Shown here piece by piece: positions 12,501 through 23,095 of a stretch of DNA of 64,000 nt. The stretch covers positions 186,001-250,000 of the forward strand of contig NIVC01000003.1 of the NCBI GenBank assembly GCA_002269645.1, written 5' to 3'. Both the position numbers and the translations under genes were made by a program. Positions within the stretch are counted from its first letter, which is position 1, and each line of letters begins with the position of its first letter. The notes beneath the pieces are model-generated. The model saw nothing but the letters and a program-made list of their open reading frames with translations, was not told the DNA's origin and made no database searches. This DNA is from Macrostomum lignano. Its lineage: Eukaryota.

Positions 12501-15500
12501 CTGGAGAACATCTACTTCGTGGTCCGCGGCTCAGTTGAAATCTCCCAGGACGACACCGTGATGGCCATACTCGGCCGCGATGACATCTTCGGCGACGAGG
12601 CGATGCGCGCCGTCCGCGGCCACGTCGGCCAGTCGCTGTACACCTGCCGCGCTCTCAGCTACGTGGACCTCAACAAGATCAGCGTCGGCGACCTGAAAGA
12701 GATTCTCAACGTTTACAACGAGTGGGCGCCGATTTTCAAGCAGAATTTCAAAGTGACGTTCAACCTGACGGAGTCCGACCAGCAGGCGCTCAGCTGCTCC
12801 ATGGACGACGAGACGCTGCGCTTCATCCGGCAGAAGAAGCCGCTGCTGCAGACCAAGAAGGCTCGGAGCATCACCTCCTCAGGGCCGAGTGAGTGATGCA
12901 GTTTGCAGCTTGTGAAGCTTTGAGCAGATGCGGGTTTGAAGCTTTGCAGATTTGTCGGTAAAAAATAAAAAGAATTTACCTTAAAATGTACCCTATAGTC
13001 TTGGTTACAAAGTACACGCTTTTTTAAAACCGTTGACGAGACTGTTTTAATCCATACAAAGAGCAAAAGTACACCATCCATACGGAGAGTGCTATCGCAA
13101 AAGTACACCATCTATACCAAGAGTGCTTTCGCAAAAGTACACCATCCATACCTTCGCAACCCTCCACTTGGCAGACACTCCCGGTATGACCCGGCAGGCC
13201 TCAGAAGTGAGCAACGCGCATCCCGGACATCCGCACATGCAGAAAAGCTACAGCGCTGTCGCGGTCACCCTTTCCAAGTGGAAGTCGGGCGGCAGCAGCG
13301 GAGGCGGCGGCGGTGGAGCCAGGAGTCAGGAGACTCGGGCGCCTGGGGACAAGTCGGTTGAGAATATTACTCACCGAGTGGACACTCTGAACACGTGAGC
13401 AGGGGCGCATAGGATGTGGACTGAACAGCGCTAAGTGGTGCAGATTTTTTACAGGTTTCAGAGTTCCTTTTAACACCTCGCTAAATTTTCTTGCAAAGTG
13501 CACTTAGCCTACTTACTTTTCGGCATTTGTGTGCGCATGACTTTCTAAACTATTTTAGACTTTACAAATAAAGGCAGTTTAAGTGGCACAAAGCCCAAAG
13601 CACAAAGCGAAAACAACTCGTAATTAGTGCAGTCAGGTGTGATGTACATTAGCGAGTGCCACTAAAAATGTACATGGCTGAGGAGAGCAATAAAATGAGG
13701 GACGGGTAGAGCCAGGCCGGGGTGGGACTGGAAATCGATAAATTTTAGCCAATAAAAAGTGAAGGAGGAAATTGAAATCGTACACAGCCTAGTCCCGAGG
13801 TCAATCTAGTGCACGTTGATTATCAATTTTACTTGCAGCTCAAATCTAACCGCAAGACTCCAAACAGACGCCCAATGGAAAGTAGCTTTAAAACCTTCAA
13901 AAGTCTGATGGAAGCACTGCTTACCATGCGCACACCCTAGTTTCAGTCTAGGCAGAAGTCAGATGGATTCAGGTCAAATATAAACTATGGTAAAATACAC
14001 ACTCCGTTCCGGTCGGCTATGGTAAGCAGAACTTTTAGAACGATATCTTCCCTGATAGAAGGCTGCTGCATGCTTATTTTGCCTGCTGCATGCGTGCACC
14101 GGGAACCAAAACTGTCAAGAATTCAAGAATGCCATTGCTGCAGAAAGCAGGTCTCCAGACACAGTCCTGATTCACCTGGACACACAGGGCAGCAGTAGAT
14201 TATTCGTTTGATTCTTTCAGCTCGGTAGCAGACGCGACACCGCTTAGTTGGTCTTGGCTGACTTGGTGCAAGTCAAATGAGTATCTCGATCCAGAAGGTA
14301 CTTGGCCAACCGATAAGAACCAAAGCATTTGTCGACAAAAATGCGGTAGCCTTGGTACAACAGATCTTGGCAAAGCTCGACAACAATTTTTTCGCTGAAT
14401 GACAGATTTTCGCTTTGTGGATCTAAAACAAATCTACGATTCTCTTCCGGAGTAGCATGAACTCGAAAGTTGAACAAGTAGCCTGTTTCAGACTCACAAG
14501 CACAGTACAGCTTGATGCCGTACCTGGCGCGCTTAGTTGGAATGTACTGCTTGAAGCCTAGTCGTCCTTTGTAAGGAACTAACGACTCGTCAACACTCAT
14601 TTCTTCGTCAGGTCTGTAGATTTTCACGCAGGTGTCACGCAAATTGTTCAAAAATGAAGGAATCTTGTATAACTGATCACCAGGTGTGGGATCCTCAAGG
14701 CAATCATAAAAGCGAAGAAAGCCGAGCAATTGCTTGAAGCGGTCTCTAGAGAGCGCCTCAGGTGCTTGAAAGTATGGTGTCAAGTGGTAGCTGTCAGTAC
14801 TCCAGTAGTCATTCATCTCAGTCTTCTTGTTGCTTCCCATGTACTTCTTGACTTCGTTTGCGCTACATTCGGTTCACTGTGACAAACTCAAAGGCAGGTC
14901 ATCAGCATCCAATGAATGAATTGCTGCCCAAGCTCTACGGTTAGTCCACATAGCTAGGTTTTCAAACAACGAATCAGACAAGAATAAACCTAAGACGAAG
15001 GAAGTTGAGTGCTCAACACCGGCAGGCACTATTATTCCAGGATTCAGGCCAAGTGTTCCGAAAAACTCAATGCGTCGCTACCAACGATAGCAGGCCGCCA
15101 TGACAACTCCTCAGCTACGTCCTCATCAACACTGTCCAGAACATCTGACTCACCAGAAGAATCACCTGATAAGACGTAGTCCTCGTCGTCCGATGTCATG
15201 AGTTCAGACACTTCGTCCGCTTGGGCCATTTCAAGCTCTTTGAGAACTGGTTTTAGTATTCGACTCAAACCAGTCTGAGACGAATAAAGTATAGGAAACA
15301 AAAACTTGATAGAGTCCAAAAACCACAGTAATATAAAGCGCGACTGTATAAGCTGTTAAAGAAGCTAGACGAGTGAGGAGACAGATCAGCTTCTCTGTTT
15401 GAACTGACTGGGGCTAGGAAAAAGCACGTTTCTTATACTGTTGCCCATCCCTCTTGTACAGGGACCAGTCTAGAAACAGGCAACTTAAATGTACAGTTAT

Positions 15501-16058
15501 GCTTATTTTTCTACTCTAGCCGGCTGAATGTCTATTGATAAGCAAGCTTACCATGCCGACCAGAACGGAGAGAAAATATATCTATGGCTCAGTCAGAAGC
15601 CAAATAGTCTATGGTAAGCACTGCTTACCATCCGACTGGAACGGAGATGATTGAAATTTAGGCTAGTTTAGGCTAATAGGCTAATAATAGAAGAGTAGCC
15701 CGAGTGTTTCTACTGAAAGGAATTTGGTCAAAGATTGCTCAAATCAAGTGAACACTTTATCAGACCCATTTTTATTTCGTGAACACCCCGCAGCCGCATG
15801 GAGACCTTCGAGCGCCGGCTGTTCAGCACCGTGGACGGCATTTTGCAGCTGCTGGGCGAGCAGCCCCGGGTCCGGCTGAAGCGCGGCAGCATGAGCCGGC
15901 AGCAGAGCGCGCCAGCTTTGAAGCGCTCGCCGAAGCGCAGCGGCCCGCGGCTCCTCCGCACCGCCACGGAGGTCTTCGAGGCCATCGACTCGCACAATGC
16001 CAGGCTGAACGCCAAGGAGGGCGACAGCGACGGCCGCGCTGAGAAGAAAAAGTGCTGA
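1..16058 (+). CDS. KCNH2: ERG-type (KCNH2/6/7-like, seizure/erg) voltage-gated K+ channel, 5'-partial, multi-exon
   Basis: Exons by GT-AG and frame: <1-263, 973-1114, ~1494-1670 (frame problem, see findings), 6019-6290, 10917-11291, 12110-12299, 12472-12888, 13175-13394, 15794-16058 (TGA). Peptides: [13 protein letters not shown] (S1), [12 protein letters not shown]4 [25 protein letters not shown], pore [10 protein letters not shown] (GFG filter), C-linker [42 protein letters not shown] and TFNL, C-terminal coiled coil [20 protein letters not shown]. The symbol denotes the subfamily, not one-to-one orthology. Confidence 0.93.
301..886. repeat. (TGAC)n microsatellite with TGAG edges, KCNH intron
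   Basis: Long near-perfect GACT run filling intron 264-972. Confidence 0.97.
1164..1460. repeat. 22-bp minisatellite GATCAGTCCTAGACAGCTGATA, ~13 copies
   Basis: 22 nt period read directly (GACAGCTG at 1201 and 1223). Confidence 0.93.
2875..3648. repeat. Pyrimidine-rich ~19-bp minisatellite CAGATCCCTCCCCATCCCT
   Basis: Degenerate tandem units in KCNH intron 1671-6018. Confidence 0.92.
5418..5990. repeat. 36-bp purine-rich minisatellite GAAGCAGGAGCTGGGGATGAGGCTCAAGTTGAGGAT
   Basis: Tandem units ending ~30 nt before the 6019 acceptor; source of the repetitive ORFs at 5404-6244. Confidence 0.92.
6404..10836. repeat. 29-bp minisatellite (~150 units) GATCAGGGGAAGTGACAGGTGAGTCAGAA with 1825-bp higher-order duplication
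   Basis: 29 nt period. Identical 68-aa shadow ORFs at 6533/8358, 7257/9082 and 8039/9864 (offset 1825). Rare TTAG variant at 7095/8920 and 7993/9818. Confidence 0.96.
11320..12095. repeat. 18-bp minisatellite GTGAGAGAGTGCACACCG
   Basis: Fills KCNH intron 11292-12109; each unit has the palindromes GTGCAC and CACCGGTG. Confidence 0.95.
14002..15646 (-). mobile_element. Decayed, internally deleted piggyBac-family DNA transposon in the last KCNH intron
   Basis: Imperfect TIRs: CTCCGTTCCGGTCGGCTATGGTAAGCAG (14002-14029) vs CTGCTTACCATCCGACTGGAACGGAG (15621-15646), with an inner copy at 15546-15570. Transposase remnants inside. No TTAA TSD recognisable. Confidence 0.75.
14123..15319 (-). pseudogene. 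piggyBac transposase pseudogene (PGBD/DDE_Tnp_1_7-like)
   Basis: [40 protein letters not shown] and VDKCFGSY in ORF 14244-14840. Frameshift near 15050 and in-frame TGA near 14877. C-terminal Cys-rich domain [39 protein letters not shown] (~14250-14123) lies in another frame directly after the truncated core. Confidence 0.88.
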
Positions 16059-17411
16059 TCGGACTGGACATCAGCGAGCTCAAATAATTATTCCGTTTCC
16101 AATAGCGAATGCAGAGCTGAGTTGGCTAAGGCTCCAGTGAAAGCGATGAAAATATCTTTCAAATTCAAACATTTCAAACTACCGCTTCGAACCACCGTAT
16201 GCTCGTGTAATCAGCAATCAGGTCCCAGCAACTGTAAATTATGGGTTGATTTCTTCGCAACACTTCTAAGATGTCTTTATGCTCAGTTTTTACTTTTAGC
16301 AAACTATATTTTCTCTGCCTTTGAATAGCCACAATGACTGCGATTCCACCTGATCCCCCAGAGAGTAGCTCGATCAATGATGCCATCAACTACTTTGGCG
16401 CGAATTCGAATCGGATTTTGTCCACAGAATATCTTAGGCCACAACTAGCTGCAGTGCTTTTCCATTGCGGCCTCTCATTTCCCATTTTGCACATGCTGTG
16501 CAGGGCGAGCTGCACATGATGTACACTGTACATCCTAACCTATTGAAGCAATCAACATATAATCATTTTAAAATTACCATGCAATAAAAATTGATTTACT
16601 AATTATTATCGAGTCAAATATAAAATAGAAAGCACATTCAAATCTTATTAAATCTAAAATAAACGCCTTCATTTACGCTTAGCGTCAAGTGAGAGTCAGT
16701 CAAGTCAAGTACCAAGGTGTGTCATGTTGACTTTCAGCACTTGTTCCTTTAGAAATCTTGCTTAAAAGTTTCCTTCGAGCAGATCAAAAAGTTCAAAACG
16801 TAACTGAAAAGACTCTGTAATTGCAAATTGACTTACAGCATTAGAAGTTTTGTTCATTTCAATATTTGCATGCCGATACGGATGGAAGAGCAGATGCTCT
16901 GCGAAAACTTCGTCTGTGAGGGCAGCTTTCCAGGTGGTAGTTAAGACCGTCCCGCTTGCTCAGGTTCGCTCAGGCAGCCAGCTGACACGGCTCACACTGG
17001 CATGCTGTGCCCCCTTCAAGATCCATGACGAGCGGGTCACCATAGCGGCATTCTGTCGCCGCACACGCCGAATTCTGTCGCCGTCGAATTGATTTATCGG
17101 CGACTCCAGCTGGCAGATCACTTCATCCGCCGTGAGCTAGGAATCGTACTCCTGCACCAGAACAGGTACAGGAGGCTGCTGCTGGCGCTGCAGGCACTCT
17201 ACCATGCAGCGAGAACAGGCACGCTTTGCTGCTGATGCCACCGCCGGCGCCGACTCTGTAGCCTTGGTCCTTGTCCAATGACGACTTACGAATAAGTAAA
17301 GCACTAAGGATAGGGGCATCGCGCCATCGATTTTATGGTGAGGAACCAAACCAAAATTACAAAAACGAGGAAGTTTTATATTTTTTGGAGTTGGTGTTGT
17401 TATAATATAGT

Positions 17412-17504
17412 AGCTCCGTAGACGTACTCCTCCTCGGATAGATCGTGCCTACGACCGCTGACAACGCGCTGGGTGTCGAAGATGAGGAACAGGGCGAACA
17501 GCAC
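17412..17504 (-). pseudogene. Orphan fragment of a Lifeguard/TMBIM (FAIM2/GRINA-like, Bax inhibitor-1 family) gene
   Basis: Hand translation VLFALFLIFDTQRVVSGRRHDLSEEEYVYGA resembles the LFG C-terminal motif (FLxxDTQ...RRHxLSxEEYxxGA). Followed by TIL*; no other LFG exons seen. Confidence 0.65.
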
Positions 17505-17544
17505 TGATTTTTGGTGCTGCAGACCAGACTACGTCAGCATGTAA

Positions 17545-17700
17545 TACTCATTTGGTGCCAGCTCATCGCAGGTACTTATTTCTGCGCCGCCGGCTCACAA
17601 TATGGCGCAGGTGCTCATTTTTATCGCCGCAGGCACTCATCTTGTCGCCACAGGCACTTATTTCAGCACCTTGAAGCAAAATTCTGGATTTCCATTAGGT
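17545..17700. repeat. Degenerate short copy of the 21-bp satellite found at 42868-44050
   Basis: TTTTATCGCCGCAGGCACTCATCTTGTCGCCACAGGCACTTATTT followed by TGAAGCAAAATT, the same flank as at ~44066. Confidence 0.7.
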
Positions 17701-17900
17701 TGTGCATAAGAACTCTACCGTGCAACATTCCGACGTCCTTGATCTGACATGATCGCCGAATCCGACTTCGTTGAGCGTCTTTGACAAACGGGTACTTTTA
17801 CATTAAACCGAAATTTGGTCGATCGATGTCGATGTATAATCAAGGATGACCTTAATCGTCCCTGCGTATATTTTCTTCATCCGACGGCAACGATGACATC

Positions 17901-18294
17901 TGTAGCGGCTGTGAAATGAAAAAGGTAGAGCTAGGCGGTGGTTCGCCCTTGTTTGCTTCTTTGTTTGGCACTTGAGTTTCTCGAATATCCAAAGAGGCTT
18001 GGAGCAGATGCTGGTTTAGCTACTGTATATTTATACTATAATTTGTCCTTCCGGAAATTTTCTAGAATCATTTTAGTGCGGTAAAACAAACTGTATAGTA
18101 AGTATCGTACGTACGGTATTCATATTTTGTATGATGATGAATTACAGTAAATAAATAATTATTGAGTAGAAATATTTACTACGAGATTACAAATAGCTAG
18201 ATAAAGAATTTTCTAGAATTTAACTCGTACTGTATTGCAGAAATTTCTGGAAGTAAACATCATACGGTATAGAACTTTCGCGAAGGTCACTACA
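17901..18294 (-). repeat. 3' LTR (394 bp)
   Basis: Direct repeat of 22703-23095 with TG...CA ends. Confidence 0.97.
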
Positions 18295-18297
18295 ACA

Positions 18298-18307
18298 GTC
18301 CCCCCGC
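18298..18307 (-). other. Polypurine tract GCGGGGGGAC
   Basis: Immediately upstream of the 3' LTR on the minus strand. Confidence 0.75.
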
Positions 18308-18436
18308 GGAAGATGGAGTCCCTATGAGTCAGTTGATCGCGGATGAGTATGTACAAGATGAAACGCACTGCATGTAGGTCTGCGGATGAAAATTGTACAA
18401 TGAGAAAGCGTCAGCTGTTAGTGGGTAAAGAGTTAG

Positions 18437-21400
18437 TCAAAAGTAGAAATAGTCATTTTTAGGTTTAAATTGCACTCTTCGGCCGCTCCTGGTACGTACT
18501 GGTGATGGTGGTGGTTGCTGCTGATGGACCGCGGTTCGCGTCCTGGTTCGCTCCGGCTCTGTCTGCTGCGAACCTGCCTCCGTCGGTGCTGTCGTGCTAA
18601 GGTCGCTAATGTCGTCTTCCCTGGTGCCCGACTGAGATGTTGATTCCTGTGGCACCGTCGACTCGCTGTTGGGAGGGTCGGCTGTCGGAGATGCTCTTCG
18701 TCTCTCAGGTGCAGACTGCGGTGTTGATCGACAAGGCTTCAGGCGGTCGATGGAGACCGACTCCTGACGTCCTGCGGCTGTTTCGATGATGAAAAACTTC
18801 GGCAGTCGCTTCACTACCGGGTAGGGACCTTGGTACGGTGCTTCCAAAGGCTTCCTTGTTCGGTCGACTCGGACCCAAACCTTCTCGGCTGTCTCGAGGT
18901 CGCTCGGGATGTGCGTAGGCCGATCTGGTGGAGGTCTCGTGTCGTCAAGCAGGTTATCCAGGCGCAGTCGAATCATCTCGGGTGTTGGATCCTCGGCTGT
19001 CGTCAGGACGCGCGGCATCATCGGGTGTTCTCCGGTCAGACGAGTGAATGGGCTTATGCCGTCGTCGTTTGGTGAGATGCGCATCGCAAGTAGCGCTAGA
19101 GGAAGATTCTCCAGCCAGGAGTTCCCGCGAGCCTTCAGAATGGCTTTCAGGGTGCGGTGGGCCCGCTCCACTTTCCCGTTCGTCTGCGGGTGATATGCTG
19201 TTGTGCGCAGTCGGTGAAATCCGATGTCCTTAGCGACTCGGTTGAAAAACTCGGCTTCGAACTGCGGTCCTCGGTCGGTGACGATGTACAGCGGAACTCC
19301 AAAACGCGAAATCCAGGTAGATATGAATGCTGAGGCTACACTCTCTGCGGTGACGGATTCCAGCGGCGTGGCCTCGATCCAGCTGGTGCTACGGTCGACC
19401 ATCGTGAGTAGGTAACGAGGAGTGAGACCGCAGGAGATGTCGTACTTCCGGTCGGGTACAGGCAGCGGACCGACGATGTCGATGTGCACAACTTCGAGTC
19501 GTTTCGATGGTAGGTCGAACGTAGAACTGCCGGCCGTCGTGTGGCGCCCAATCTTAGTTCGTTGGCAGGTTGCGCATGCTCGACAGAACTGTTTGATGGC
19601 ATCTTGCATGTTCGGCCAGAAGTATCGGGTTGTCAGCAGGCTGGCGGTCTTGCGGACGCCGTAGTGGCCAAGCTGGTGGAACTGCCGAATGAGCGGCTGT
19701 TGTAGCGAATCTGGGACGACTGGACGAGGATAGTGACTGGAGGTATCGCACAACAGTGCCTGCTTTCCGTCGAACTCATAGAATCGGCAGTTGTTGCTTG
19801 GTTGCATCCCGATTCGTTTCTGCTCTGCGGCGATGGCTGGCAAGTCGACGGGTTCCTCTAGGGATGTCTCCTCTGCGGCTGCAACCGTTTGCGTCGGCGA
19901 ACCTCCGGACTCGGATAACCTTGATAGGGCGTCAGCGACTATATTGTCAGGGCCGCGGATGTAGACCACATCGGTGACGTATTCGGATATGATGCTCAGA
20001 TAACGCTGGTTCCTGTCGGAGGTACCCTGGCTGCCGCTGTGGAAGGCCTGAACAAGGGGCTTGTGATCCGTAAAGATCGTGACCTGACGGCCCTCGATAA
20101 GGCTCCGGAAGTGAAGAACTGCCAGGTAGACTGCTAGGAGTTCTCGATCGAAAGCAGAGTAGGCTCGCTGCGTCGGCGAAAGGGTCTTGCTGAACAGCCC
20201 GAGCGGGACTGGCGACTGACCGTCGGCTTGGTGTAGAGCGGCTCCCACGCAGGTTGCCGAGGCATCGGTGACCAGGCTGTAGGACGAACACTGCGGGTCG
20301 GGATGGTGAAGCAAGATACGATCGGCTAGCTTACCCTTCAGCTGATTGAACGCGTCCTCGTGCTGCGATGTCCACTCGTACGTGCGCGGCGCCTTGAGTG
20401 ACTTGGTGACCAGGTCTTGCAGCGGTGCAGCGGTGTGGCTGAAATGCGGGATGAAGCGGCGGTAGAAACCGATTGTGCCGAGGAACCTGCGCAGGGCCTG
20501 TGCGTTGCGAGGTGCCGGCCACTCGCGGATGGCGTCAACCTTGGATTCGAGCGGCCGGATCCCGTCTGCTGTTACCTGGTGTCCAAGAAACGTGATTTCC
20601 TTCTGCATGAAAGCACACTTGGTGAGCTGGACCTTCAAACCGTGTTGTTCAAGGCGTCGGAGTACGCTTTCGAGCACTCGGAGGTGGTCTTCCTCGTCCT
20701 TGGAGTAGACTAGCAAGTCGTCCACGTAGGCGAGCACGCCGTCGATGCCACGGAGCACAGTGTCAATGAATCGCTGAAACGTTTGACCTGCATTACGAAG
20801 ACCAAATGGCATGCGGATCCACTCGTAAAGACCGAACGGTGTGATGATTGCTGTCTTCGGTATGTCCTCTTCGGCGATTGGAATTTGATGATAGGCTCGC
20901 ACCAGATCCAGCTTGGAGAAAACCTTGGCACCGTGGAGATACCGTGTGAAACACTGGATATGAGGCACGGGATAATGATCCGGCTGGGTGATCTTGTTTA
21001 GCTGTCGATAGTCTCCGCAGGGTCGCCACTTACCATTGGGTTTGCCATCGTCCTTCTTAGGAGCCATGTGCAGCGGTGATGCCCAAGAGCTCGACGACGG
21101 CCGGAGGTACCCGGCTTCCAAGAGTTGCCGAAACTCTTCTCGGGCGATGGCGAGCTTCTCCGGATGCAGCTGTCGGGCTTTGGCGTGCGTCGGTGGTCTA
21201 TCGCTCGTGATGATGTGGTGCTTCGTGTCATGTTTAACTTCGGTGGCCGGAGGTAGCCTCCCTCCTTCGACGTACGTGAAGGTGCTGCGGTAACGATCGA
21301 TGAGTGCGCGTACACGAGGATTGCAGTGGTCTGGATACGCCAGCGACACGGCGAGTTCATCGAGGTCCACTGCGGTAACCGGCAGAGATGGCGTATGTAG

Positions 21401-21760
21401 TCTCGTTGTAGGGTCAACTAGTCGACGCCCCTTGCAGTCGACGATCAATTCGAAATAACTGAGGAAGTCGTACCCCAGGATAGGTTGCACGACGGATGCG
21501 ACCAGGAACGTCCAGCGGAATTCACGACGGAGTCCTCGGATGTTGACGTCGAGCGAGATCTCTCCAGCGACCGGTATCGATGCACCGGTGGCGGTGGTCA
21601 GGCGAAATCCGGTCTCCTGAAGGTCCCGGTGGAATTGCTTCTGCGGAATTATCGACACTGCTGCGCCGGTATCGACCAGGAACGGGTAGTACTTGCTGTC
21701 TATCTTGATATCCGCCACCAGGAATTTCTTGCTCGCCGCCGGGGATGATGCACTGCTCAC
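18437..21760 (-). CDS. pol: Gypsy Pol: aspartic protease, RT, RNase H, integrase
   Basis: FLVDTGA (PR), [11 protein letters not shown] and YVDDLL (RT), TDAS (RH), H-x3-H...C-x2-C zinc finger, HIDIVGP/TDRG/E core and GPY motif (IN). The ORF has no ATG start (track start is GTG), so it is probably entered by frameshift from gag. Confidence 0.97.
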   Translation of the reverse strand: MSSASSPAASKKFLVADIKIDSKYYPFLVDTGAAVSIIPQKQFHRDLQETGFRLTTATGASIPVAGEISLDVNIRGLRREFRWTFLVASVVQPILGYDFLSYFELIVDCKGRRLVDPTTRLHTPSLPVTAVDLDELAVSLAYPDHCNPRVRALIDRYRSTFTYVEGGRLPPATEVKHDTKHHIITSDRPPTHAKARQLHPEKLAIAREEFRQLLEAGYLRPSSSSWASPLHMAPKKDDGKPNGKWRPCGDYRQLNKITQPDHYPVPHIQCFTRYLHGAKVFSKLDLVRAYHQIPIAEEDIPKTAIITPFGLYEWIRMPFGLRNAGQTFQRFIDTVLRGIDGVLAYVDDLLVYSKDEEDHLRVLESVLRRLEQHGLKVQLTKCAFMQKEITFLGHQVTADGIRPLESKVDAIREWPAPRNAQALRRFLGTIGFYRRFIPHFSHTAAPLQDLVTKSLKAPRTYEWTSQHEDAFNQLKGKLADRILLHHPDPQCSSYSLVTDASATCVGAALHQADGQSPVPLGLFSKTLSPTQRAYSAFDRELLAVYLAVLHFRSLIEGRQVTIFTDHKPLVQAFHSGSQGTSDRNQRYLSIISEYVTDVVYIRGPDNIVADALSRLSESGGSPTQTVAAAEETSLEEPVDLPAIAAEQKRIGMQPSNNCRFYEFDGKQALLCDTSSHYPRPVVPDSLQQPLIRQFHQLGHYGVRKTASLLTTRYFWPNMQDAIKQFCRACATCQRTKIGRHTTAGSSTFDLPSKRLEVVHIDIVGPLPVPDRKYDISCGLTPRYLLTMVDRSTSWIEATPLESVTAESVASAFISTWISRFGVPLYIVTDRGPQFEAEFFNRVAKDIGFHRLRTTAYHPQTNGKVERAHRTLKAILKARGNSWLENLPLALLAMRISPNDDGISPFTRLTGEHPMMPRVLTTAEDPTPEMIRLRLDNLLDDTRPPPDRPTHIPSDLETAEKVWVRVDRTRKPLEAPYQGPYPVVKRLPKFFIIETAAGRQESVSIDRLKPCRSTPQSAPERRRASPTADPPNSESTVPQESTSQSGTREDDISDLSTTAPTEAGSQQTEPERTRTRTAVHQQQPPPSPVRTRSGRRVQFKPKNDYFYF

Positions 21761-21783
21761 TGCGGCAGGTTGGGCAGTGCCCT

Positions 21784-22683
21784 CTAGTTTGACGGCTGAC
21801 GTGTCGGAGAGCCTGACCTGGACTGTGCGGGTGTCTTTTCGTGAGTACTCAGAATTCGCGGCCGCCTACCACCCAAGGTGGACGGGAAACGACACCACGG
21901 TCGGCAGGTAAGCGCGCGTTCACCGTAGTAGATGTGGGCCCGGCAGACGACCGGACGCTGTCCTGGCTTGAACGGGGTGACGCTTGTCTGTGGCTGCAGT
22001 TGTCGGCGTGGCAGCTCGTCCCGTCTGGAGTTGATAGTCGGCGGTGGCGTCGGCTGTACAGCGCTGACTGAGCTCGCCGAGCTCTGGTAGCTGACCATGA
22101 AATCAGCGATTTCAGCGAGCTTCTCTGGCGATTCCTGCTGGAAGCCTGATAGTGCGACTCGTAGCTCACTGGGCAGGCAGCGGATGAGAGTCGCCTTGAG
22201 CATGTCGGAGCAGGAGCCCATGCCGCACTGAGCCATCTTGGCGCTGAGCTTCTTGACGAAGATTGAGGGCTTGTCGCCACCTAGATCGGACGTGGCCAGG
22301 ATCTCGTTGATCTTCTCCTGCTGACTCTTCTGCAGAAGGTTGGAGATGGCGGCTTTAAGCGGCTCGTACTGTCGAGGCGTTGATGTCGTGATCAGCATCG
22401 ACGAGATATCCTCCGGCAGGTGCGCAACCAAGTAGTGGTACTTGGTCTCGTCCGAAGTTATGCGCGCTAGGTGGAATTGCGACTCTAGGGTCCGGAACCA
22501 AGCTTCCGAATTGTTCCGGTACAGCGGCGGAACCTTAACGGACACGGCGGACACGCTTGGCTCAAGTATCGGTGGTGTATGTTGAACAGGTAGCTGCCCA
22601 GTGGGGTTGAGCACCGGGGCCTGGTTGTTGTCGGCGGCTGCTGCGGCCTGCTGCGATAGCTGCGGATCGCTTTCGTCGGCCAT
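21784..22683 (-). CDS. gag: Gypsy Gag (299 aa)
   Basis: ATG 17 nt after the [37 protein letters not shown] motif and C-x2-H-x9-C-x3-C knuckle ([18 protein letters not shown]). Confidence 0.93.
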   Translation of the reverse strand: MADESDPQLSQQAAAAADNNQAPVLNPTGQLPVQHTPPILEPSVSAVSVKVPPLYRNNSEAWFRTLESQFHLARITSDETKYHYLVAHLPEDISSMLITTSTPRQYEPLKAAISNLLQKSQQEKINEILATSDLGGDKPSIFVKKLSAKMAQCGMGSCSDMLKATLIRCLPSELRVALSGFQQESPEKLAEIADFMVSYQSSASSVSAVQPTPPPTINSRRDELPRRQLQPQTSVTPFKPGQRPVVCRAHIYYGERALTCRPWCRFPSTLGGRRPRILSTHEKTPAQSRSGSPTRQPSN

Positions 22684-22686
22684 GAC

Positions 22687-22700
22687 GACTCACCGGACCA
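22687..22700 (-). other. Primer binding site TGGTCCGGTGAGTC
   Basis: Starts with TGG 2 nt inside the 5' LTR end; priming tRNA not identified. Confidence 0.8.
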
Positions 22701-22702
22701 GT

Positions 22703-23095
22703 TGTAGCGGCTGTGAAATGAAAAAGGTAGAGCTAGGCGGTGGTTCGCCCTTGTTTGCTTCTTTGTTTGGCACTTGAGTTTCTCGAATATCCAAAGAGGC
22801 TTGGAGCAGATGCTGGTTTAGCTACTGTATATTTATACTATAATTTGTCCTTCCGGAAATTTCTAGAATCATTTTAGTGCGGTAAAACAAACTGTATAGT
22901 AAGTATCGTACGTACGGTATTCATATTTTGTATGATGATGAATTACAGTAAATAAATAATTATTGAGTAGAAATATTTACTACGAGATTACAAATAGCTA
23001 GATAAAGAATTTTCTAGAATTTAACTCGTACTGTATTGCAGAAATTTCTGGAAGTAAACATCATACGGTATAGAACTTTCGCGAAGGTCACTACA
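22703..23095 (-). repeat. 5' LTR (393 bp)
   Basis: Direct repeat of 17901-18294, adjacent to the PBS. Confidence 0.97.

Larger units (their letters stand above)
17901..23095 (-). mobile_element. Full-length Ty3/Gypsy LTR retrotransposon (5195 bp), recently inserted
   Basis: TGTAG...CTACA LTRs at 17901-18294 and 22703-23095, identical by eye except one T. 4-bp TSD CATC (17897-17900 / 23096-23099). PBS, PPT and intact gag and pol in PR-RT-RH-IN order. Confidence 0.98.

Noticed and set aside
18295-18436. Possible env or extra ORF in the Gypsy element
   Set aside because: Only ~140 nt lie between the pol stop and the 3' LTR.
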